The translations under genes were made by a program, and so were the position numbers. The notes beneath the pieces are model-generated. The model made no database searches. It saw nothing but the letters and a program-made list of their open reading frames with translations, and was not told where the DNA came from. A stretch of DNA of 64,000 nucleotides from an uncultured virus (IMG/VR IMGVR_UViG_3300030330_005363) (taxonomy: Duplodnaviria > Heunggongvirae > Uroviricota > Caudoviricetes > Crassvirales), in IMG/VR virus record IMGVR_UViG_3300030330_005363, positions 1-64,000 of that record. One strand, 5' to 3'. Below are positions 50,408 through 59,689 of the stretch, in pieces (the first letter of the stretch is position 1; each line of letters starts with the position of its first letter).

Positions 50408-50681
50408 CTGTTACATAATAAGGAATACCATTTAATGTATTCTCATATTTTTTATCTTCATTTTCAGCTAACTCTTCACGTGCAGCTTGAATATAAAGTA
50501 TGGCATCCATTAATTCTTCTTGTACATCGTTTAAATATGCAGCAAGATCTTTAACACCAGTCTTACGTTCGTTATCTAATGTTTGTCCATATTTTTCGTA
50601 ACCAACATCTGATCTTGACACGAATTTATCTACTACTCTTTCCACTACTGGATCTCTAAATTTAATTTTCTTTTCTGTCAT
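50394..50681 (-). CDS. Conserved phage protein, possible all-alpha NTP pyrophosphatase fold
   Basis: GYEKYG...QEELMDAILY. Confidence 0.55.
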   Translation of the reverse strand: MTEKKIKFRDPVVERVVDKFVSRSDVGYEKYGQTLDNERKTGVKDLAAYLNDVQEELMDAILYIQAAREELAENEDKKYENTLNGIPYYVTDVAS

Positions 50682-50755
50682 CTTTTATCCATAAATATAA
50701 TAGGAACCATCCTATAAATTGTACAATGCAAATTGCTAAAGCAGTCTGCCCGAAA

Positions 50756-51643
50756 CTATCCATTTTTTACAAATGTTCCGTTAACCATTTTACCTTTACG
50801 GTTTTTAATCTCATCATAAGCAGCGTCAATACAAGTTTCAATTGATGTTCCACCTAACATAGCCATATTCGTTAATACAACTACCATATCACCTATAGCA
50901 TCTACAAACTCAGCTTGGTTGTCTTTAAGTACAGCTCTACCTAATTCGCCTGCTTCTTCCATCAGTTTACAGAACTGAGTTTTAGTATCACCTTTGTCAT
51001 ATAATCCTCGTGATTCTGCCCAATCTCTAATCTTTTGAAATCTATCTTCTTCTTTAACTTCTAGATCTTGGTATGTTTCACGTGGGTTAATAGCTTCTGA
51101 ATGTGATATTAACTCTGCTTTCATTGCCTCTATATGTTCTAACGCTTTATCAGCAGCTTCCTTAGCATTGACCTTGGCTTGTTTAAGGTTTTTGTTAACG
51201 AACTTTTCAAAGAAAGCTTTGTTATAAATATAGCTACGCTTAGCATCATACATTGATGTTTGAGCATTATTAACGATCCAGTCGACCGTCTCTCTGTCTA
51301 ACTTGAACTTACCATAAACAGTTTCCCATGTTTTACCCATGCTATCCATTAAATTGCCTTTGAGTTTGTTTAAAGGATAAGGAAACGTTGATGTCATTTC
51401 TGTCGCATTTATTTTCATCTTTTTACCTAAGTTTTTGTATTCTACTCTGTCAATCTTATAGCCATAAGACTGTTGAAGTTCTATCTCACGCTTTGATATA
51501 TAATCTATATCTGTACTATGATCAAGAACTTCATATTCGTCTGGAAAATATCCCTGTTGTTTTGTTACCCTATTATTAAGATCACGTGTCACACCAATCT
51601 TTTTACCCGGGATGTGGTATAAATAATATATTATTTCACGCAT
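50756..51643 (-). CDS. mazG: GIY-YIG-like N-terminus fused to MazG nucleotide pyrophosphohydrolase
   Basis: YYLYHIPGKKIGVT at the N-terminus; KLMEEAGEL...DAIGDMVVVL at the C-terminus. Confidence 0.75.
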   Translation of the reverse strand: MREIIYYLYHIPGKKIGVTRDLNNRVTKQQGYFPDEYEVLDHSTDIDYISKREIELQQSYGYKIDRVEYKNLGKKMKINATEMTSTFPYPLNKLKGNLMDSMGKTWETVYGKFKLDRETVDWIVNNAQTSMYDAKRSYIYNKAFFEKFVNKNLKQAKVNAKEAADKALEHIEAMKAELISHSEAINPRETYQDLEVKEEDRFQKIRDWAESRGLYDKGDTKTQFCKLMEEAGELGRAVLKDNQAEFVDAIGDMVVVLTNMAMLGGTSIETCIDAAYDEIKNRKGKMVNGTFVKNG

Positions 51644-52316
51644 AATAATCTGCCTTTCTTTGTATTAAGTTGTTCTTATCAAAATCTCTCTCATACAAAT
51701 GTAAATTGTGTGCAAAATGGAAATACGAACCGAGCTCATATCCTGTCCTCTTAGACACAGCTTTCATCAGTTCTGAAAAACAATACTGATCGTTACAGAA
51801 ACCGAACCAGAGATCATTAGATCGCATCGTCACGCACATATTCAGTTTATTATTTACAATTGTAAATTGAACTGCGTATGTACATGGAGTATCATATCTA
51901 TATTTGTTTATCTCTTTGCCATCGTAAATTGATATTGCAGCTTTTCTAGTGTTAGGGTTGTCTTTGAGTTGTTGTACAACTTTGTCTAGTTGATAACCTC
52001 TTTCCCATTGATAACCGTAATTAGAATGCACATTGTTATCTCCGTCTGCCATACGTTTCCATATAGCAGGTATCTTACCATATAATATGCCTAATGTTTC
52101 TATGTTTCTATCACCTGTCATATACCATTCCCATTCAGCTTCCGCATAATCTAAATTCCAATTTCTATATGAAGTATGAATATGATTATCAGCTGGATCA
52201 TTAATATAAAATCCTATATTAAATAAAGCTTTAGTTCCATCAAAATCAACACCATTGTTTTCAATAGCATTGTAATAAAACTCAAAAGCTTTTTGTGCGT
52301 TTTTAAAGTCTATCAT
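51636..52316 (-). CDS. Thymidylate-synthase-fold enzyme, dCMP hydroxymethylase/methylase-like
   Basis: PCT catalytic Cys, MRSNDLWFGFCND, HLYE. Confidence 0.85.
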   Translation of the reverse strand: MIDFKNAQKAFEFYYNAIENNGVDFDGTKALFNIGFYINDPADNHIHTSYRNWNLDYAEAEWEWYMTGDRNIETLGILYGKIPAIWKRMADGDNNVHSNYGYQWERGYQLDKVVQQLKDNPNTRKAAISIYDGKEINKYRYDTPCTYAVQFTIVNNKLNMCVTMRSNDLWFGFCNDQYCFSELMKAVSKRTGYELGSYFHFAHNLHLYERDFDKNNLIQRKADYYA

Positions 52317-52577
52317 TTAATTATATTTATCGTAGTAAAACCTATATAGTTCAAAGATCTTATCATATAGATCATTTGGACCATATTCTTTTGGACTGGT
52401 TATTTTCTTTCCGTTAGCTGTAACTTCAATTACCCATGTTTTACATTGAAAACCAGCTACAGTAGCTAAAGCTGATATAGTAACACCATGGTTAATACAC
52501 CAACTATAAGCTTCTAAATTTCTAGGATTACCCCAATCTGGAGGTTTACATTCTGTTCCTTTATGTGCTATTCCCAT
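52317..52577 (-). CDS. Hypothetical protein
   Basis: ORF. Confidence 0.7.
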   Translation of the reverse strand: MGIAHKGTECKPPDWGNPRNLEAYSWCINHGVTISALATVAGFQCKTWVIEVTANGKKITSPKEYGPNDLYDKIFELYRFYYDKYN

Positions 52578-54286
52578 GGCATTTTTTCATCTAACTCAGG
52601 TTGAACTTCAGGTATAAAACTACCTGATCTATGTTCCCATGTAAAGAAAGCTTCTCCTTGGTTCTCACCTAGGTTTTGAAACTTAACCTTTAACACTTTT
52701 ACCTTTGTTGTTTTCTTTTCATAATCTCTGTGTACCAATAAACCGTGATAACTAGCATCGTACCATTCACCACCGCCTTTAATATTGTACATAGTTGGTT
52801 CTTCAATTTTACCATCTTTATCCTTATACATTTTAGTTGGGTGTGCTACAATAAATACTAACACGTCATATTTCTTAGCAAATGTTTCAATCTTAGTTAG
52901 ATATTCCATTGTATATCTATTAACATCTTCTGTTTGACAGTCTACGTCTCTAACTTTATTAAATGGATCTATAACTAAACATTTAATACCTTTACGTTTA
53001 ACTAGCTCAGCACCTTTACGTAGTACGGATTCTAATGTATATCTCTCCATATCAATGAAAAAGAAATTATCATTAACATGATCTGCCACGTTGTTCCATT
53101 TAGTTTTACCTATATCGTGTTTACTAGGCATATCACCCCATACTTTACGCATTAGCTTATGAGCATGCAGATATGTAGGAGCATTTTCAGGAGATGCAAA
53201 AGCAGTTTTCCAACCATAGTTCTGGTTATAGCCTACAACCATTTGATCCACCCAATCAGACTTACCTGACGATGGAATACCGGTTACAGTTATAAACTGA
53301 CCTGTATATGTACTAAATATTTCATCAAAGTTTTCTAATCCCACTTGAAAACCTGGTTTAAAACCATTTTCAACAAAATCAGTTACTTCATCTTCAATAT
53401 CTCTAAACGTTGTTACATTTTCTAGAGGTACAGGTCTTGCTTTAGATATTCTAGCCTTTAATGCTTCTTTACCTTCTTTTAATAGGTATTCATTTGCATC
53501 TTTGCAATCTTCAAAATCTACTAAGAAACAAACCTCAGCACCTAGTCTTCTTATTAATTCAGCTTGTAAAGCTTGACCAGGAGCATCAGAATCAACCGCT
53601 AGTATTATTTTATCTTTATCTTCGAAATAATCTATACAGTTATCTAAGTAGTCTAAATTATTAGTATTTAAGGTTGCGCCATTAGGAACTGAGATAGCGT
53701 TAGATATGCCAGCCTCGTGTAAAGCTAGAACATCCATTTCACCTTCGGTTATTACACACCAATCGTGACCAACAATATTATCTATATTATAAAATACTTT
53801 TTCAGCTCCTTTATATAACTTAAAGTTTTTACGAGCATCTCTGTATTTTACATTAGTTATTTTTCCACCTACATAATAATTAAACTGAATAACATTCTCA
53901 ATATTACCGGTTTGAGGCATATATTCTTTACCTATACTAACCATTAGTTTAGCTAAGGTTTCGCTAGATATACCTCTTGTTTTAAACCATTCTAGTGTTT
54001 TATCACGTACAGGTTTAATAGCACCTTCGGTAAAATCGGGTACAACATAAACTTTTTCAGCTTTACCTTTACGTTTATAAGTGTGTAGTTGAAATGTTGA
54101 ATCGCAATTATGACAAGTACCCAGTCCACGTTCCCAATCATAGCTAGCACATTTAGCTTTTCTATTTTCAGGTTTCCTAGAAGATGAACACAGGGGACAA
54201 GTCCCCTGCGATTTACCTACTTCTAAGTCGTGCTGATTAAAGTTGTCAATTGTAAAACCATTGATTTCTTTATCTTCGACTTGCAT
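52568..54286 (-). CDS. Primase-helicase (T7 gp4/Twinkle-like)
   Basis: Zn finger CPLC...CHNC, TOPRIM EGEMD/DSD, KDANE, Walker A GIPSSGKS, VAHP. Confidence 0.93.
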   Translation of the reverse strand: MQVEDKEINGFTIDNFNQHDLEVGKSQGTCPLCSSSRKPENRKAKCASYDWERGLGTCHNCDSTFQLHTYKRKGKAEKVYVVPDFTEGAIKPVRDKTLEWFKTRGISSETLAKLMVSIGKEYMPQTGNIENVIQFNYYVGGKITNVKYRDARKNFKLYKGAEKVFYNIDNIVGHDWCVITEGEMDVLALHEAGISNAISVPNGATLNTNNLDYLDNCIDYFEDKDKIILAVDSDAPGQALQAELIRRLGAEVCFLVDFEDCKDANEYLLKEGKEALKARISKARPVPLENVTTFRDIEDEVTDFVENGFKPGFQVGLENFDEIFSTYTGQFITVTGIPSSGKSDWVDQMVVGYNQNYGWKTAFASPENAPTYLHAHKLMRKVWGDMPSKHDIGKTKWNNVADHVNDNFFFIDMERYTLESVLRKGAELVKRKGIKCLVIDPFNKVRDVDCQTEDVNRYTMEYLTKIETFAKKYDVLVFIVAHPTKMYKDKDGKIEEPTMYNIKGGGEWYDASYHGLLVHRDYEKKTTKVKVLKVKFQNLGENQGEAFFTWEHRSGSFIPEVQPELDEKMPWE

Positions 54287-54297
54287 ATTTGATTAAA

Positions 54298-54603
54298 TTA
54301 AAATGGTAGATCCTCTTCTGCTTCTACCTTAGCAGCTGGTTGTTTAGGTTGGTCTCCAAAATTTGGCTCAGGAAAATCTCCATTAGTCCAAACTACTTTA
54401 ACATTTCCTAAGTAAGTCTTTTCAGCTTTAGCTTCTCTTTCCTCCTTAGATTGATCAACACAAACTGGTCCTTGATTACCGAACTGATCTGGTTCATCAT
54501 TAATAGTTATAGAAATTGGAAGATACCTACCCTTTTTTCCTTTATATATTTTGTCTTTTGGTATCGCGTCTAAATTAATATTCGCTTTTACTATTCCTGC
54601 CAT
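54298..54603 (-). CDS. Single-stranded DNA-binding protein (putative)
   Basis: Acidic C-tail EEDLPF; lies in the replication cluster. Confidence 0.7.
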   Translation of the reverse strand: MAGIVKANINLDAIPKDKIYKGKKGRYLPISITINDEPDQFGNQGPVCVDQSKEEREAKAEKTYLGNVKVVWTNGDFPEPNFGDQPKQPAAKVEAEEDLPF

Positions 54604-54605
54604 AT

Positions 54606-55346
54606 TTATAAGGTTTCATTAATAAAATACTGTTGAGGTTCAAAATCCTCAGACTCGTGAAACAATTCATACATTTCACAAGCTTTTTCTACTTTGTCAC
54701 TACCTGACTGATAAAAGTCTGGTGAACAATCGAACAAGCCAATCTTGCCCGTATTTTTATCTATAGCTATAAAAACCATTTCATAACCAAATAATTTTCT
54801 ATAGATGTATGCTTGAGAATCATAATTGTATTTCTTAGCATTCCATCTGAATTTATCTAAATCACTTGTAGTTTTTAAATCTATGATAAGTTGTTCCTCA
54901 TGATTAAGAATATCAGCTTTACCTTTCCACATTTGACCATGAATCTCTGCAATTGCAGGTTCTTCATATTGGACTTCTACATCTTGGTGTGGTAAAATTA
55001 AATCTCTACAAACATTATTGTTCATGATCTTATCTACTAAAGCTTCAATCATATCAACTTCATGTTGTAACAAACATAATTCACCGCCTGACATTTCTTT
55101 ATACACTTTTGTATTTCTACTACTTGATTCTATTATCTTGAATTTCTTTATTTTATCAGGTTCTAGAATCGCTGTGTGGAAATAACCACCTACTAAGAAG
55201 TTTGGATTGCTTTTGGTAGGTTTGTGTAAATCAAGAGGATTTTTAAGTAACGTTTTGATATCAGAATTGCTTAGATACTGTTGTCCAAACTCACCATAAT
55301 AATGTTCGTCTATACGTAACTTATCTATGATCTCTGATTTTTTCAT
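54606..55346 (-). CDS. PD-(D/E)xK exonuclease (RecE/DUF3799-like)
   Basis: LSNSDIK, GGYFHTAILEP, KGKAD, IDLKTT, YDSQAYIY. Confidence 0.85.
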   Translation of the reverse strand: MKKSEIIDKLRIDEHYYGEFGQQYLSNSDIKTLLKNPLDLHKPTKSNPNFLVGGYFHTAILEPDKIKKFKIIESSSRNTKVYKEMSGGELCLLQHEVDMIEALVDKIMNNNVCRDLILPHQDVEVQYEEPAIAEIHGQMWKGKADILNHEEQLIIDLKTTSDLDKFRWNAKKYNYDSQAYIYRKLFGYEMVFIAIDKNTGKIGLFDCSPDFYQSGSDKVEKACEMYELFHESEDFEPQQYFINETL

Positions 55347-55876
55347 AACGTTTCTTGTAATAATTTTTCTTGCTTGGCTGATACAATATACTTATTTTTT
55401 ATTGTATCAATACTACCACCTTTAGCCACATATTCTTTAGCTTTTGCTAATGATTCATCTGTTAGCTTTTTCTTAGTAGTACCATTTTTACCATGAGTGT
55501 TTGTCGCATCACTATCTTGCGTGTCATCTATAAGGAATAAATTCCCTAAAGCATATTTCTTTCCATAAGAAGATGCAGCACCGTATCTTTGTGGCATTTG
55601 CATTCCTTTTTGCTCAAGGTCAACACCAACTACAGCTTTAGAAGTAATTGAAGCTTCACCATCCATAATTGTAGCAGTAACCTGCATAACTGGTGGATCA
55701 AATGATACTAATTCTTCATCTACAGTAACTGTAACCTCTAACTCCTTTAAAAAGGGTTTTGTAGCTTCTAGAATGTCTTCGGCAGATCGGAAATAATACT
55801 TACCGAATGAATTAAATCTACTTTTTTTCGACTTAAATTCAGTTTGGATTTTGGTCAGTTTTTCGTTGATCGTCAT
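55343..55876 (-). CDS. erf: ERF-family single-strand annealing protein
   Basis: FGKYYFRSAEDI; GAASSYGKKYALGNLFLIDD. Confidence 0.88.
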   Translation of the reverse strand: MTINEKLTKIQTEFKSKKSRFNSFGKYYFRSAEDILEATKPFLKELEVTVTVDEELVSFDPPVMQVTATIMDGEASITSKAVVGVDLEQKGMQMPQRYGAASSYGKKYALGNLFLIDDTQDSDATNTHGKNGTTKKKLTDESLAKAKEYVAKGGSIDTIKNKYIVSAKQEKLLQETL

Positions 55877-55888
55877 ATCTATATAATT

Positions 55889-55911
55889 ACATATTTAATT
55901 TAACATTTACA
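55889..55911 (-). promoter_or_regulatory. Putative class II promoter heading the recombination/replication operon
   Basis: TGTAAATGTTAAATTAAATATGT; matches 1007-1029; lies just downstream of the sigma gene. Confidence 0.5.
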
Positions 55912-55919
55912 ATTCTAAC

Positions 55920-56702
55920 TCACAGATAATCAAGCACTTGCGAGTGATCTACGTTGTCAATTAATTTAGTTACAGCTTGCTTTTTAAGCTCTGAAACTCT
56001 AACATAAGCTGACACTCCTGATATAGATAAATAGTCTGCAATTTGTTTAGCAGAATGTTTATCGCAATCAAGTCCATAGCTCAAACGCAGTACATGATAT
56101 TCATTGTGGTTAAGATGTTTTTTCAGTATACTATCTAAGTATATGTTTAACATACCTAAGTTATATGGTTCAGATGTATCAGGTAAATTATTCACCCATG
56201 ATTCATTTGACTCATTGTTTTTGGTAGGTATAGCATCAATACTTAAAAATATACTATTGAAAAACATTTCGACCATTTTTTTGTCTTTACCGTTATCCTT
56301 TCGGATCTCGTTAAGTTTATGTTCAGGTATACGAATATCACCTCTATTAATATCAATAGCTCTTCTGATATGACCTCTAATTCTTTTAGCTAAAAAAGAT
56401 TTTAAGGTTTTCTCTTGATCTTCGCTTTCTCTTAGTGTCATAAAATCTATTTTATTAACAGCTAATGTTAAAGCTTGACTACCAGCTTGTATAATATCCA
56501 TAATACTCATTACTCCTGAAGCTTGCTGTGAAGTAGAGAATTTTCTTGCAATATTTTCTACAAGAGGTAGAAATAATACATTAAGTTCTTTTGGAGTATA
56601 ATCAGCAAAACAACTAACGGAGCTATTTTGTTTTATATACTTTATAGAATCTGTAACATCTTCTTTCCATCTAATGTAGTTCTTTACATTATACTTTTTC
56701 AT
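55920..56702 (-). CDS. Phage sigma-70-family RNA polymerase sigma factor
   Basis: Region 2 LVENIARKF...DIIQAG...IRRAI, region 3 IRIPEH, region 4 VLRLSYGL...KQIADYL...RVSELKKQAVTKL. Confidence 0.9.
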   Translation of the reverse strand: MKKYNVKNYIRWKEDVTDSIKYIKQNSSVSCFADYTPKELNVLFLPLVENIARKFSTSQQASGVMSIMDIIQAGSQALTLAVNKIDFMTLRESEDQEKTLKSFLAKRIRGHIRRAIDINRGDIRIPEHKLNEIRKDNGKDKKMVEMFFNSIFLSIDAIPTKNNESNESWVNNLPDTSEPYNLGMLNIYLDSILKKHLNHNEYHVLRLSYGLDCDKHSAKQIADYLSISGVSAYVRVSELKKQAVTKLIDNVDHSQVLDYL

Positions 56703-57331
56703 AAGTCGTTATTTAAAAGTTCTTTCTCTTTCTTCAGCTCATTACCCATAGTACGATAAATAGTTCGATCAGAACATTTAAGGTGCTTAGCTAATTTGCT
56801 AATGGTAATTTTATCTCCTTCATCATTGATGTGGAGCATTGCGTCATATATATCGTCTTCATGTACCATTTTAGATCTTCCAACTAACGAACCAGTAATT
56901 TTAAGTTTTTCTTCTGCTGTTAAATAACAATTAACATCAAATATTACTTTTCTTCTACGGTTATTAGGTGGTCTTTCTAAGTCAGACATGCTAACTTCAT
57001 ATATAATCTGTCTAAGCAATTGTTTTGGTATATGAAACGTAGCAAAACCATTAGTTGGTTCAGCTATTACATTTGCTAATTGCTCAAAGTCGTTTTGATC
57101 CATGCTTGGATTCAAATACCATAAAACTAATAAATGCCACTTCAGTGATTTATAAGTATTGATTTTAGCTTTACTTCTAAATAATTCGTAGCATTCATAT
57201 GTACCATTTTCATAGTATCTTCCCCATTCATACTCGACTGTGGGAGTTTCTTTGGGTACTGTTCGGTATATGATTCTTCTATGGTTTAAATAATCTAAAT
57301 TTCTATCGTATGACAATAGGTCCTTATTCAT
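56699..57331 (-). CDS. DNA-binding protein with C-terminal HTH (possible replication initiator/regulator)
   Basis: ITISKLAKHLKCSDRTIYR HTH. Confidence 0.75.
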   Translation of the reverse strand: MNKDLLSYDRNLDYLNHRRIIYRTVPKETPTVEYEWGRYYENGTYECYELFRSKAKINTYKSLKWHLLVLWYLNPSMDQNDFEQLANVIAEPTNGFATFHIPKQLLRQIIYEVSMSDLERPPNNRRRKVIFDVNCYLTAEEKLKITGSLVGRSKMVHEDDIYDAMLHINDEGDKITISKLAKHLKCSDRTIYRTMGNELKKEKELLNNDL

Positions 57332-57354
57332 TTATCTTTAGGCCTTGTGTCACA
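57308..57354. promoter_or_regulatory. Inverted-repeat operator, copy 2, straddling the HTH gene start
   Basis: GTATGACAATAGG...CCTTGTGTCACA; its reverse complement matches 57-104. Confidence 0.65.
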
Positions 57355-57476
57355 CAGTCTTTCGTAAATCATTTCTTCTTCTTGTTCCTCTAGATTTAAG
57401 TTATATTTATATATAACTTCTTCTAAGGTTGCATATGAATAATAATCCATATAATCTCTTTTTGTTGCTCCCATAA

Positions 57477-57701
57477 TTATAGGTTTAATAGGTTTAGTCG
57501 TCTACGGTATTTCTTTTGTAGCTTCAATTTGGTTTGTATTCTTGATCTTCTTTCTTTTATATTCTCTTCCCAACCGTCTTTTAATGGTCTTGTAGCTATA
57601 AATAAAGATTCGTCAAATATTTCGTGATGTAATTCTACAATTCTTTTTTCAAGATATGCTATATGTCTTGATTTTCTTGGGTTAAATTCTATCTTATTCA
57701 T
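57477..57701 (-). CDS. Hypothetical protein (start MNKIEFNP)
   Basis: ATG directly 3' of the structured leader. Confidence 0.65.
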   Translation of the reverse strand: MNKIEFNPRKSRHIAYLEKRIVELHHEIFDESLFIATRPLKDGWEENIKERRSRIQTKLKLQKKYRRRLNLLNL

Positions 57702-57703
57702 AC

Positions 57704-57827
57704 CTACGAAAGCCCGCACCGTCACCTATGGGAAACGCCTCTTTCCACATCTTCATGTGGCATGGGTCGGTCCGAAGGGAAAGTACGAGCTACTCAAAGG
57801 ATGCCTGGTCGCCTTATTTATTCGTAG
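57704..57827 (-). ncRNA. Structured cis-regulatory RNA, copy 1
   Basis: CTACGAA/TTCGTAG outer stem, AGCTCGTAC/GTGCGGGCT inner stem, CCACAT-GAAG-ATGTGG hairpin. Confidence 0.6.
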
Positions 57828-57904
57828 TATTTATCTAAAAGTTTATTAGCAACTTCCATGCTAATCTCGTTATTTAGATATAATTCAAATATCAATTTTC
57901 TCAT
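57818..57904 (-). CDS. Small protein (28 aa, MRKLIFELYLNNEISMEVANKLLDKYYE)
   Basis: Read manually; its last codons form the 5' strand of the RNA stem. Confidence 0.5.
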   Translation of the reverse strand: MRKLIFELYLNNEISMEVANKLLDKYYE

Positions 57905-58358
57905 ATATTTTTTCGTTTTTACCTGCTACAATATGCTTTTCGCCTATATAGTAATTCCAATAAGCTTTGATACTGCATGGATCTTTATATTCATCAGGCA
58001 TAGCCTGAGGTGGTTGTGTAAACCCTGTATATGGTAAACCGCCTGGTAAATATCTTAAATAAGGATCACACTTTGTATATGACAAATGTACTTTACCGTA
58101 ACGTTTAGTATATTCGGCAGATAAAGCACAGAAATGATCATATAACCAAGTGTAATTTTCAGCTGAACTTCTACACCATATAGTTGATGGGTGGTTTACA
58201 TGTGCACGTTTGTATGGTACATTTGCATCTTCTCCCATTATTTCATGATGTGCTGTACACAGCATTTGAGCTGATTCTAAGATCATCTTAACAACATGTT
58301 TGTTATATTGGTATTGCGCGGCTTTTACTGGGTCTCTATGTAAATAAAATATATTCAT
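57885..58358 (-). CDS. Pyrimidine-dimer DNA glycosylase/endonuclease V-like protein
   Basis: MNIFYL..DP..AA...KHVVKMILESAQML, NHPSTIW, EYTKRYGKVH, PQAMPD. Confidence 0.8.
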   Translation of the reverse strand: MNIFYLHRDPVKAAQYQYNKHVVKMILESAQMLCTAHHEIMGEDANVPYKRAHVNHPSTIWCRSSAENYTWLYDHFCALSAEYTKRYGKVHLSYTKCDPYLRYLPGGLPYTGFTQPPQAMPDEYKDPCSIKAYWNYYIGEKHIVAGKNEKIYEKIDI

Positions 58359-58472
58359 TCGTAGTCTGATATTATATTTCTTAGTTTAATTATAAACTCA
58401 TATTGAGATATATTAGCTTGTTCCCACTCCCATATAAGATCTTCTATATCGGAGGATAATAAGTATTCTTTA

Positions 58473-59342
58473 CTATTCATAATTTCTTATACATTTATAC
58501 AATGGATGTCTGTAAGAACCTGCTTTAGTTCGTTGAAAATAAGTAAAGGTAGCACGCTCACCTATATAGTGACTAATGTTATCGATCATAGCGGCTAGAT
58601 CCTTGTAGGTGTAACCTTTGCCCGGTGGGCAGCCGAACTGTACACCCGCGTCATCTTGCATGATGAACTTCCCAAGCGTGCCTTGCCTCTTACCTTTACC
58701 TAATTCATAACCAATAATTGTTGCCTCTGCATCATCAAAATCTTTGAACTTCATTAAATCCCATGACCTAGTTCTTTTATATAATCCATCAGGATTTCTA
58801 TAAATAGATCCTTCATAGCCTTCGTTTAAGAAATTTTTATGCCATTCTTTAGCTTCATCGATATTTTCTATATAAACCGTTTTAGTTAATCTTACATGAT
58901 CGTTGTCTATAAAATGACCATCATAAGTTTTCTCTGCAATTACATCAATTAAACGGTCTAATCTTTCTTCATATGTAGCACCCAATACAACATGCTTTAA
59001 CGGTATTATATCGTATATATGATATTGTACTAATTTTTCAGCTTCTTTTCTGTGCTCAAATGTAGGTTTAGTTTTCCTAACTAATGAAATAATCTTTTCA
59101 AAATCATCTTTTAATTTATGGTTGTATAATTCACCATCTAATTTTAGATAAGGATATTGTTTGAACAGTGGTTCTAAGGTTTCTACAATGTGATCTACAT
59201 TTTTAAATTCTTTCCCTGTTCTAGAAAAAGCACCATCTTTTGTAAATACACATCTAACTCCATCAAGTTTAGGTTGTAGTAAAGCAGGAAATACTGCTTT
59301 ATCAGGGTCAAACTTATGGGCTAACATTGGTTTTATTGTCAT
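58473..59342 (-). CDS. lig: ATP-dependent DNA ligase
   Basis: QPKLDGVRC, LDGELY, GYEGSIYR, LMKFK, OB domain. Confidence 0.93.
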   Translation of the reverse strand: MTIKPMLAHKFDPDKAVFPALLQPKLDGVRCVFTKDGAFSRTGKEFKNVDHIVETLEPLFKQYPYLKLDGELYNHKLKDDFEKIISLVRKTKPTFEHRKEAEKLVQYHIYDIIPLKHVVLGATYEERLDRLIDVIAEKTYDGHFIDNDHVRLTKTVYIENIDEAKEWHKNFLNEGYEGSIYRNPDGLYKRTRSWDLMKFKDFDDAEATIIGYELGKGKRQGTLGKFIMQDDAGVQFGCPPGKGYTYKDLAAMIDNISHYIGERATFTYFQRTKAGSYRHPLYKCIRNYE

Positions 59343-59647
59343 AATTTTCCTAATTTTTTCTGTATTTGTCTTAATTTTTTTAATACTCTAGCAGCTTTTT
59401 CATAACCTGCGGTGGTATCTTGACTTTCATATATCATTAATATAGTTTGAAGTCTAGCTAATTCACCAATTAACATTTCTTCATCAGTCATATCTGCAAA
59501 TATACCAGCTAAATGATCATTTGGAGTAAAATCTCTTTCAAATTGAGCTTGAGCTTGAGCTCTTGCTTCTTCATCTCCAAATAATTCTAAAACTATTTTA
59601 GAAGCTACTAGATCTGCTAATTCATTCATTTGTTTTTTTGTCATCAT
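59339..59647 (-). CDS. Hypothetical protein
   Basis: ATG 6 nt after promoter D. Confidence 0.75.
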   Translation of the reverse strand: MMTKKQMNELADLVASKIVLELFGDEEARAQAQAQFERDFTPNDHLAGIFADMTDEEMLIGELARLQTILMIYESQDTTAGYEKAARVLKKLRQIQKKLGKL

Positions 59648-59653
59648 ATTGAT

Positions 59654-59683
59654 ATTATCCGTTAGTATTCGTATTTAGTTTGT
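59654..59683 (-). promoter_or_regulatory. Class I (early) phage promoter D
   Basis: ACAA-actaaa-TACGA-atactaac-GGATAAT. Confidence 0.8.
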
Positions 59684-59689
59684 AAATTG

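Noticed and set aside
4356..56373. Antisense and alternate-frame track ORFs nested in long genes (e.g. 4356-4631, 6399-6953, 15312-15794, 37887-38219, 45039-45470, 47707-47892, 56104-56373)
   Set aside because: Shadows of well-supported genes, with no motifs or translation signals.
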